A DNA stretch of 64,000 bases from Utricularia gibba (lineage: Eukaryota > Plantae > Magnoliophyta). A model generated the notes under the pieces. That model was not told the DNA's origin. It searched no databases and was given only the letters and a program-made list of their open reading frames with translations. The stretch is taken from contig NEEC01000023.1 in NCBI GenBank assembly GCA_002189035.1, positions 1 through 64,000 on the forward strand, given 5' to 3'. Positions 48,653-59,921 of this stretch are shown here, one piece after another (position 1 is the stretch's first letter; each line of letters starts with the position of its first letter). The position numbers and the translations under genes are program-made.

Positions 48653-50562
48653 TTGGTTCAGCTTCACAACCTCTCCGCTTTCCCACCTTAGGCCTCGTTG
48701 CTCTAAAATCCAGACTGGAGGCCCATTAAAAGAAAATCCGGTAAATGGGCGCATATGTTTTTCAGAGACGAGCCCAGGGTCTATGCACAATCCAATGGAA
48801 GCATCGGACTCGGTGTTCCCGGTGCGCCATACCACGGCGTCGTTGGAGATTGAGGCAAGTTCCGATGATCCATTCTATTGATGGTCAAATACAACTTGGA
48901 AATGAGAATTCTCTGTAAATTTTCTTCTATTTGTGTTCGTAGTTGGAATGAATTTGTTGAGTTTATACTGTTGGGTGTACGCATGTTGCTGCTACCTGAA
49001 ATTCTTCTATAATTTGAAACATGAGGAATATCTGCTGTGCTCTGAATTGAGTTCTAGTTCTGAAACTCAGGGTCTGATTTTAATCATATACTGTAGAAGT
49101 AGAATGGGAGCAAACACTCCTTGGAGTTGATGGCTCAGATTTTCTATGCCTCATTCCATGTTTCTCATCGATAGCAGGGCCAGAAGACGGATATTGTCAT
49201 AAGCAGTTACCAGGATTATTTTCTCGTGAGTGTTGTTCATTTGGCTTTGCTTGTTATATTCGTGCACTGTCATTTCAGGACGGTTTTTACAGGTTATGGT
49301 GACTCAGATTGGATGCATGGGAACCGTACTGCATGCGAGGTGCTTTTTTTTGTTATGCATTTCAAAGAGGGTCACATATTTCCTGCTCACTTCTACCCTT
49401 TTTTGTTAGTGCATCTGGTTCTAGTGGTTAGTTATCTTCATTTTTTATACTGTTCTTTTGAATCCATATCATACATTGTATCTAATGTAGAAGAAGTATC
49501 CTAATTCGGCATACTGCACTGCAACTAGTTCTTGTTTATGGGTCGGCTTTGATATAGTCTTATCTGCATCCTCGATGATACTCCATTTGGAGTATTTCCC
49601 TTGCCTTTCAGCCTCTGCGTAGTCTTCCATGCCATGCAAAATGCAATTTTTCACGCTTTGGATTTTAGCTCATCAGCATTCTAGGAACGTGAAACTGTTT
49701 CTCTGTGTGAGATTTAATGATAAAATCTATAGGAAAGAGGAAGGCTTTTCTGTTCACCCAACCTTCAATGTCACCGTTGTGCTGGGTAAACGAGATGAGG
49801 TATCTTTTGTAGCCTTTTAAGTCAGTCTGCGCCTTTTGGAGATATTCATTTCAACTTAGTTGATGTCTTTGGGCAGCCAATGCTAGTTGCCTGTGCGCGG
49901 CAGTTAATTGAACACATCAGGTAGGGTGCTTGAAGCTTCCCCTTGTGTCTTCAAAAACTAACACCTTTTAAAACCCACGTTTCTGCAGTGGCTCTGGATC
50001 ATCAAGGGCCCTAGTGCTGTCGGTTGGTCTCAGAAACCATACAGCGGTATTCCTGCTGCAATGTTTCCGTACCCCGGCTCTGTGGTTCATGGTGCTGATG
50101 ATGTCTTTGTTTTCAGGGAACGCTGAAGGGCATTGTCTCAATTGTAAAAGACAAACTTGCGGAGGTGATTTGATTCGGTGGCAACACCTCTGTAATCAAA
50201 ATTGTGTAGTTCCTTTGTTAAAGAAACTATTTTCCCATCGGCAGGCCGCCTCAACTGACAGTGTGTGAAAACATTTTTTGGGACAAAAAAAGCAATGTAG
50301 TTCAAACCATGTTTTAAATCATTTCAAATGTATAGGATGTTTTTAGTAAAATTAGTCTCACTATGCTAATCTTCATCCCTATTATTTGAAAACTAGGTGT
50401 AACTGTGCAGTTCTGTCAGCCCAGTCTATTTGCTCTTTAGAAACAACTTTCTGTGGAGGAGTCAGCAAAATAACTTACACATTAGAGGATGAGTTGAGTA
50501 CACAGCGAAGGAATGCAAACAAAAGAGATCAGGCATCGGGGAGTGGACTGCGCCTGGGCACG

Positions 50563-53500
50563 TTATACTCCAGAGGAATCCGCTGAGGCATTAAGCCATC
50601 TTTCCAGCTGCCAGAAGAATACAAACAATCACCTTAACCCACAGAAACTGCTGTAAGCATTATGATGGATTCTTATAGTCTTTGTTTCCCATATCAGATC
50701 AGATCAACCGCAAAACATGATCCAATATTAAACTCATCAGACCGCATGATCTCTTTTTTAATGAATTAAGCAGACACACTGCACAAGCACCCGACCCCGG
50801 AATTAAGTTAATATTGTGATTTCCCTTCCTTTACTAGTCTTTTGAAGTTCCACTACTTGTGTTCCCTGAACAAGGGAGATGATTCACATACCTGGGCATT
50901 CTTAGCCTTGAGTCGTTGTAATTCTTCCACGAGACTGCCGATCCTGAAATTTGAATTACTTCAGGAAAATTTTTAAAAGGCTGGATTTTGTAATATGGAA
51001 ATACCTTTGTTGTATCTGAAAGACCTGGCTCTGCAACTCTCGCTCCCTGACGGAAGGAATCATCTGGTGACAGGGAGAGTTAACAATACTAAAACCATAG
51101 TTCTAAGAATCAACAAAATCCTATCCCTATGGTTCAAATTCTTCTACCTGTGAATGCTCATTGGTTCCTCCCTCCAACTCATTTGACAAACCTGCAAAGG
51201 GCGGCTAGTAAGGCAAAACCAGCATAGCTCTAGATGGGATTTCCAATAACTGACGAGTAAAATAGACTGGCTTGCCTGAGGTTCGCTCCACAAGTTTCAT
51301 CAAGTTATGTATAGCTTCCTAAAAGATCAATCAGCAAACCAAATCAGCAACAAACCAAAAAATGAAATAGAATTAACTTAGCGCTGGAGGTTGATCTTAG
51401 CTTACTCTTTGCATAGTGTTCTGCTGAAGCAAATATTGCAGTGATGGGAGAAAGGAAACAGATGAAAGGGTTGATGCCACTTGGGTCGTTGAACCACCAG
51501 AATGTACGTGAGACACACCAACCTTAGTAGAAACAAACAAATGCAGTATTTAAAAGTGTCAGTGCTTGAAAATGGGACCGGTTTGCAGAAGAATCGAAAT
51601 TGAGAATAAATAGAAAAATAAAAACTTGATAAATATAACTGGCTGGTGTAATACAATGTTTGGTACTCCAACTGAGTGCAAAATGCGGAGTCTAATGCAT
51701 TGAAAGCCAGAATAATAGACATCAGCAGCTACCTTGGAAGTAACATCTGCTGAAGTAACTTTAAAACGTCCTCTGTATTTAACAGAACCCTCCAAAGCAT
51801 CTTCCCCTATGTAACAATCCAGCAGAGCACATCGAAGTTAATCCCAATTATAGGAGGGAAAAGCTGGTACTGAAGTCTTTAAAATATTACTCAATGTAGG
51901 ACTGCTGAAGTCTTTCCTCAGGCGCTGCTGCGTTGGACCATAGCTCTTCTCTTTCGATGCTCTTGGTTGCAAGTAATCTCTTCACACAAATAATTTTCAA
52001 AAAAACAATCAGGCTATCAAAAAAATGGAAGAAAGTTGGGGAGAGAATCTCCAAACAGAACTGCATGCACAATATTTTAAGATGGAAATCAACACAATGA
52101 CTTGACAGAGATGTAAGGAATAAAAAATCACATAATCCAACAGTTCCTCCAATTAATTTAATTAACATTACGTTCGAATGCTGAAAATTTACCTCTCTTC
52201 ATCACCAACAAGATTTTTAGAGGCCAAATCACCCTCATGAAGTAGCAACCCACTTGGAGACTTCTGGATACCCACTGTGAGCACAGGACCAATTCGCCCG
52301 TAGTCTCCATCACACTCTCTTCCTAATCCTCCATCCAAAGGAATAGCCTCTGACTGATGAAGACTACCTTGATCAGGATCTGATTCAACAGAATCTTTTG
52401 AACTGGAAATATGAGTATCATCCCCATGCATATCGAAACAACTCCTGTAGATTCATCATCTTTATTTTAGACTGTTTCACATTTATAAAAGAATTCCCAA
52501 GGTTCCTCTAGCTTTGATACTGCACTAAAGATGAAAAGGAGCTTTTTTTTGAAAGTAAGGTAGCAAATACGAGTCCAGTAGGTAAGGAAAAAGGCTAAAA
52601 TAGGATTTTTTATCTTTCGGATCAGAAATATGACCACTCTCTCCAATCAAACTCTGTGCGCGACCAATCATAGCACAATTTAGTTAGATCGAAAATACAT
52701 GAACTTGACACTAACGTACACAACATAAACGTATAGAATGAAATTCAAGATACTTTAAACGTATTGAATAAATATATAATAATGGATACGTAAAATCCAA
52801 AGCAAGGAAAAACAAGGACCATATATCACTGACATACTTGAGAGCCTGGAGAGGTTTCACTGGAAATGCAGCGAGTGAGACATCCAAACCGGTGATGCTA
52901 TCCATATCATTCTGAAAAAGTTCAAAACGTATAGGTGGACTTCAGAAATGAAAACCCATGGAAGAGTTTTAACTCTCAGAATCCACAAGGCAATGGACGC
53001 ATATACTGGAAATGCACTACACGCTACATATTTTATGTGTTGTGTGTGCGGCCAAATCATACTTCCATCTGGAATGTAGCATTATCATGATCACCCTGAT
53101 TTGCATAGAGACTTTCAACTGGTAGACTAGTGCGACCCTGCGTATCCTCATGCTTTAGGATCACCTTTGAATCTTCTGAGTTGTCAATAGGATCATCCTG
53201 AATCTTCAAGAACAAAGGGACAGAATTAAGGTAGTTTTACATGACAGAAATTTGATCATTGAAATCGCATACAAATGCAGCTTGACTCTTCAGATCTTCA
53301 AGATTGAAGTTCCATGCACTGATCCCTCGAATGTACTCCTTCTACATAATAGAAATTACATCACAAGGGTCAATTCTCAGTAATGATTACATCCCATAGA
53401 ATAGTAAATCAGCGGATCTTTTTCAAATTACTTTGAGTTCACTAATATGAGAAATCATGGAAAAGGAAGGTACTCAAAAATGTTCAATGAAGTTAAACAT

Positions 53501-55398
53501 ATGGGGTATCCTTAATTCCATTCATATTTCTATTCACTAGAGGGGATGGTTCTTTTATTTAAATGGAACTCGTGACTTCCATGAAAACCTACTTGCGACA
53601 AATGCTCCTTATCCTCATATGATGCTTTTTGTACAAGAAAATCTGCTTCTTTAGCCTGCAGATACAGATTCAATAGAAATAAAACGTGGCAGTCATTTCT
53701 ACGGAAGCATAAATAGGAAATATTGATTAACAGGTGAGTACGAGACCTTGACCATCCTAAAACGTTCACCTAGTTGAGGAATACCATTAAGGATAGATTG
53801 TGATAAATAATAACTTGAACGAGCATATTTAAAGAATGGGTGCTTCAAGAGTTTTTCTGCGCTTGGACGTTTTTTAGGGTCCTTCACCAAGCAAGCAGCA
53901 ACCATTTCTTTAAACGCCTGCAAATTTTCTTTGTCAGAAATAATAAGGGAGCACAAAATTTTGTAGATGAGACCTTTGAGAATCTCTTGTCTCTCTCATA
54001 GTCCAGCCCAGGTGGTGCATTTTGAAGGGTCATTAGGAGAACCTGCAATTGCTTAAAATCAGCGGCTTCAATGATATTCCTGAATGTGCAGTTACCAATG
54101 CAGGGATAATGAAAAAAACATCATTTACAACCTTCATTGGAGGGTACTTGGAAAATGGTGCATGTCCATGAGCAAGTTCAAGGGCTGTGATGCCAAATGA
54201 CCAGATGTCTACTCTGTTGAAGCCAAAAGGTTGGATTAAAAGGGGAATAACATGTGTCGCAAGAAACAATGGAGTAGCTGGCACCTACTTGAAATCATAT
54301 CCATGCAATTGCTGCATGACCTCAGGAGCCATCCTTGAATAACAGAATATTTTAATGACACAGAAAAAAGGAAACTGTTTTAATAGCGAACTGTATCGTA
54401 CAATTGCCTTGCTACTCAGAAAATTACCAGCAAGGTGTTCCAACAAAAGTATTCCTTGAACGCTGGCGATCACCACCATCAAACATGGCAGCAGCTACTC
54501 CAAAATCTGCTAATTTGACGGAACCATCGGAATCAATCAGAATATTCCCGGCCTGCACAAAGTCACATTAAATGATCACATCTAACGTGGGATGGCCACA
54601 TGAAAGCCGAAGTAGCAAGGAAAAGCTACAGTTGTGAAAAGGAGTTCGATGTAAGAAGTTCAATCAATGTCCAATTTGACAGAGATAGTGAAGCATTAAG
54701 AGTGTTAGCTTAATACGCTAAATCCTAAACTCCAGATTAATACTCCAAATACTGGAAAGGGAAAAAAGAATCTAAACATTAGACTTAATCAATTCTTACC
54801 TTAACATCTCTATGGATATGTCCTTGGGCATGGAGATACACCAGCGCTTTAAGAACATCACGTAATAATGTAGCAATAACAGGCTCCTCAAAACCATCTG
54901 GATACATTGATTTCATTATATGTAGGCAAGATCCCCCAGCCATGAATGGCATGACCACCCAAAGATTATATCCAACTGTGAAGGCGCAATGAGCTCGCAG
55001 CAAATTTGGATGTTCAATTAAAATCATTGTCTGCACCTCCCGCCGGATTCCATCCTTTTGAATCATTAAACCATTAGTAAAACACCAAATGTAATGAAAG
55101 TATAAGTGACAAGATAGGGAAAATGTCCCTGTTAACAAATCATGAGACTGGAAGAGGAGATAACCACTCTTCCGCATGTCCGCAAAGCTAGCCTTAAATG
55201 AATGATGAATATCAAGGAAACACATCATACCATGTCATTATTGCACTTCTCAAGATCTAAAACCTTGATCGCAACAATCTGCTTATGAGGTATGCAGAGA
55301 GCTCTGTACACAGTTGCACTCACACCTTCTCCAATTTCCTCATACAATTCATAATCATCAAAAGTAAGTGGGAATTTCTTCTGTGGTTCCTGACCCAT
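50563..55398 (-). CDS. STE20-family MAP4K (MAP4K4/TOT3-like), 20 coding exons, intact; one GC-AG intron
   Basis: [36 protein letters not shown]|[18 protein letters not shown]|[42 protein letters not shown] and a coiled-coil tail. Confidence 0.92.
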
Positions 55399-57213
55399 GA
55401 TTTACTTCTGCATGTGCTTCAACTGTTTATGTCTTACTGCAGTTGTGAATATCAACAGCCAACTGGAAAATTCATATGATAGCTCCTCACCACACCAAAA
55501 AAATGTGGCAACGCACATGGACGCAAGTATCTATGCTGCACTTTCAATATAATAGAAAAGACCCCACCCGGTGACCTTTGGTTATCTCAATGCAGGAGTT
55601 TCAGAATGGCTGTAAAAGAAATGGTATCCATGTATTTCAGCAATTCCAATGCAACTAGTCAAATCCCTATAAGACACCAAAAACTAATCGCAGGAATGAA
55701 AATACACAAACCAACTAATTGCAAACTAAACATTCAAGAAGCCTAGATTTCTAACACAGGCACAAAATCATTCAAGAGAAACATTGATTCGGTCATTACG
55801 AGCTCGTCTTCAAAACTAAACACTTTGGAATACCCCAGAACTCAAAGTCTATTAGATTCGATACCTGCACACGAGTCATGCCTGGAAAAGTTCCCCAGGA
55901 TACAGTAAGTTAGAATTTCCGCTCCGGAGAAAAAAAAAGACGGTGCAAATGATTGGAGGAATGAGTGACGCCGTTCATACGGCGGTGACGTGAGGAAATT
56001 CTCCGCGACAGAACTGGTGGGCCAACAAAAGAACATAAAATTCGCACTGTTGGCGTGAGAGACAAATCGGAGATTTACTTGGATGATTCCCCAGTAGCTT
56101 TCAAGATGTATACACTTTCACAAACATTCAATGCAAAGCTTCCTCTTTTCTCCTGCTCGGAAGGAGACAAAGAAAAAATTGAGGGCAATTCCGGAGGGAA
56201 GGATGAGGATGAACGGCCGTGGCGCAAAACTCCAAAACTGGAAGGGATTCCTAGAAATGAAAGGCAACGGCAACGGCAACGGTAAAAAGTCGTAGATCGT
56301 GAGCAAGAAAGAGCTGATGTCAAAGAAGGAAGGAAATTCAGTAGTTGCTAAAAAATAAAATGAAGGCAACAGCTGTCATACGTTCATGAAATCCAGTAGG
56401 GTACTGCCATGTGGCAGTGGGTCCCACTTATAATCAGAAGGTTGACCGTTGACCTGCGTCCCCCCAAAGAACTTGTTCATTTGAGTTTTGCATCCAAATT
56501 TTTCTAATGGGGATTAAGACATTAAAAAATTATAATATTTTAATATTCAATTAAAAAATATATATATAACTGATATAAAATACATATATTCAATTTAAAA
56601 ATAGTGTAAATTAACTGATATATATTCGGGTTTGGGTAACCCGACTGGTCTCCTACATAAAGGTAACTCGCCCTCGCCCACTGCCAGACGAAACCCTCGT
56701 TCCGTGGGAGGTTCACGATCACAGCGTAAGACCATCGTTTTCGCGAATCTAATTTCTTGGATTTGAAGATGTTTTCTCTGGCGAAGATTTCTATTTCGAT
56801 TTTCTGCTTTAGCGTGGATTTTCGCCGGGCTTAATGACCGGTGCGGTTTTTGGTGTATGAATCAATGGATTGGATCCAGATTTCGACGATTTGTAAAAAA
56901 CTCGTTTCTAGATCCATTTTAGGATGTTCATATTGTTTCGGGCATTTGTTTCCCTTCTCTAGGCCAATTATTGTATCGCAGGCTATGCCGTGGTTTTGAG
57001 ACGTTTCTGGTTTTCAGGTGTAGGCTTCCCATGTGTTTCTTGTTATTCGTGATGAGTAGTATTTTTGGATTTTTAGTCAAGGTCATTTTTTTTGTGTAGG
57101 AGATAGATTGTATGGCATATAGCGTGTGAGCAGGTCCATCCGTGTGGACTTGTTCCTTGATTCTATTTTTTATCTCAAGTATTTCTGGATATACAAAATT
57201 TTCAGGGTATAAA

Positions 57214-57535
57214 ATGGCTCCTGTTAAATACATCATCCCAAGTGTTGTTGCATCTTTTGCCTTTGCTTATGTGGTTGAGTATTATGTTTCGGAGAGAAAG
57301 ATCCTTGGAGGTGAGTCTTAAGTTCACTTAATTCTGTCTGGTATTGTGCTTTGTTTCCAACTTTTCATGATTGGCTTTGGCTGTAGGCACTACTCCACGG
57401 ACTGTTATAGGTAATGAATGGGGGCAAGAGACAGACAAAAAGCTCCAGGCCTGGCCTCGCACTGCTGGTCCTCCCGTGGTCATGAACCCTATCAGCCGCC
57501 AGAATTTCATTGTCAAACCCACCGCTGATGAATAA
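57214..57535 (+). CDS. OZI1: OZI1/DUF1138 small mitochondrial protein (81 aa; complex IV-associated family), 2 exons; absent from the ORF track
   Basis: MAPVKYIIPSVVASFAFAYVVEYYVSERKILG|GTTPRTVIGNEWGQETDKKLQAWPRTAGPPVVMNPISRQNFIVKPTADE*. The WPRTAGPPVVMNPISRQNFIVK motif is diagnostic. Confidence 0.92.
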
Positions 57536-58388
57536 GAGCGTAATGGAGCTTGATCCCGAGCTGATACACAAGCAATGCAAATTCCTGGAGCCATGCCTGG
57601 TTTACTCTTTCGCCTCCACATAAGTGATTTGACTTTTTTTTGGGGTACTCTGCAAGAAATAAGAGGTTTATGGATTGCGCGACAATCACTGAACATGAAT
57701 AATCAACTGCCTAGACCACTGTTTATGGTATCCTTGACTTGTTGTTTCCCATGGTCATTTTAACGTTAATATTTGGCTGTTTGTGAGCTTTTTCATTTCA
57801 CTGGTGTGCCCTTGTCGACAAACATAAGTGAAGAACAGAGAGGAGACTATGCCTGCCATCTTGAAGAACAGCACGGTTTGATTGAGAGGACTTGTAGGTA
57901 AGTTTTCCATTATGCTCCATGTCTGGGAAACTGTGCGTAGAATGTCAGCAACTGGGATTCATTCTATCATGAGCAATAAAATGGTACATTAGTCTTTCTC
58001 CCATAGAACCAGGAGAACATCTTTCAATGACATTGGTAGTTCTCCATATCCATATGTCCAATACCCCAGTGAGATTGGGTGGTCTTATATGTAAGATGGG
58101 ATCTAGTGTTAGGATCCCATATTAGTTATGAAAAGAAAAGGAGATGTACGTAATAGGATCTTTCTGATCTTATTTAGAGATTTTTTTTTCGAAATGAAAA
58201 AACGTAAAAAATGTGATGATTGAATGTTATTTGATATCAAAAATAAAATCCGGGTATGTCTCAATGTGGATACAGTGGATTATGTATCATATACGATAAA
58301 CGCAGGTGGTAACATCTGATATGAGAGTCAAAATGCGGTATGTATCAATAGTGACACTGAGTTACCCCATCATAAGAAGATGACACTG

Positions 58389-59396
58389 TCACACTTGGAA
58401 TGAATCAAGAATCGCTTCCAACACCTTCTCTGACGACTGCCACTGCTTATCGGTGGCGCTAGCCACGAACAGGACGACGGTGCTTCCTTTCACGGTCGCC
58501 TTGGCCAGATTGTGCGATCCCGTAAGCGCATACGGGGTCTCCAGTACGTACTTGTAGTACTGCATTCACTCAAACAAGTAAATAAACAGCACGCACCAGC
58601 AAGGCATTCTGCATCTTATCATCTTACCATCTGATCACCCTGCTGCTCGACAGACGTCTGGAGGAGCTCATCGGGGTCGAATGTGTTTCCGGTGACGAAG
58701 GGGCCGAGGGAAGCGATGACTTTATCCGGTGTGCCGATGTCTTGGATAGTGGCGTTAGGCTTGTTGGTCAGGCGGATCAAGGGAGAGGCGACCACTTGAA
58801 TGTTGCCTTGCTTTTCATCTTGGAACTTGACTTCCACCCATGGCTCCGCACACTTTGGCTGGCAGTAGTTTCCTGAGAGGATGTTGGCTACCCTCATTTG
58901 CTTCCATGTCGGAGGAAGCATGAACTTGTAGGGCTGCACATTCCCTGCACTGCAACTCCCAAATCAGTAATGAACATCTACAAACATGATGAATTTCGCT
59001 AACTCTGATGCCCATACGCAGAAGCAGCAATCACAGATCACTAATATGTGAACAAAGAATGGAGATGCAGCTTTTTTTTTTTTGGCTTTGATTACCGGCG
59101 CGAAGAGCAGGGGTGTCGTTGGGAGTGGCGGTGAAGAGGACGAAGGAGGGGTCGATTGGCGATGGCGGTAGGTAGGAGCCGACTTCCACCTCCCTCGAAT
59201 TTGCCGATGAAGGAAACGAAGCAAGCAGCGGAAGGACGAGGAGTCCATTCAAGAATTCTCTCCTACAGTTACTAGTAACCGCGCTCCGGTGGGTCGTCTT
59301 CTCGGCGGCAGCTTGTTGACGGAGCGGAGGAGGAGAGATGGAGGATCGAATCGAGGATACGACGAGGGAGGGGAAGGAAAACGCCATGGACGCCAT
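58389..59396 (-). CDS. PPD6: PsbP domain-containing protein 6 (thylakoid lumen), 3 exons
   Basis: Tat-type CRREFL...ANSREVEVGSYLPPSP; NVQPYKFMLPPTWKQMRVANILSGNYCQPKCAEPWVEVKF; YYKYVLETPYALTGSHNLAKAT. Confidence 0.93.
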
Positions 59397-59921
59397 CAAT
59401 TGGGTTGTTGTACACTGTAGTACAACAACAATGCTCTGCTCTCTGGTACCTCATACCTCATCTTATCCCTTCTTTCCCGTTGCCCCGGATAAGGCAAAAA
59501 TGGGCTACCCAAAAACTGGTATATTCATAAACCTTCCTTATCATTCGATACGAATCTTTCCTCAGAGGGCACCACGTGTACAGTCTGTAAGGTAAGCAGT
59601 CTACTTACCGGCTTCTAGCGCCGATTCAAACTGGAGGTCTGGAACCACATTCAGCCTGTAAGCCAAGAGTCCATTGCCAGGTTTTCTTGCGCCGATACTG
59701 ATTGGAGGAACGCTCGAAAACGTTTGCAGTCGACTGACCCCTGAGCAGTAAATGCCTGTAGGATTCACGTGGGTGGACGGCTGTTCTAGATTTCCGCAAC
59801 CCGCAACCACATAGCTAGGTAATGATATCTATGTGCGTAATACGAGGTTTTTTCTTTCGAATCTCTTTCAAAAGGCAAAGACTTGCTTCCCTGTTTTATT
59901 GGCTTAAGCCCCCAGGAAACG

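Noticed and set aside
56263-56282. (GGCAAC)3 and other short SSRs such as (ATT)n at ~26205 and (ACT)n at ~63596
   Set aside because: Ordinary short microsatellites in UTR or intergenic DNA.
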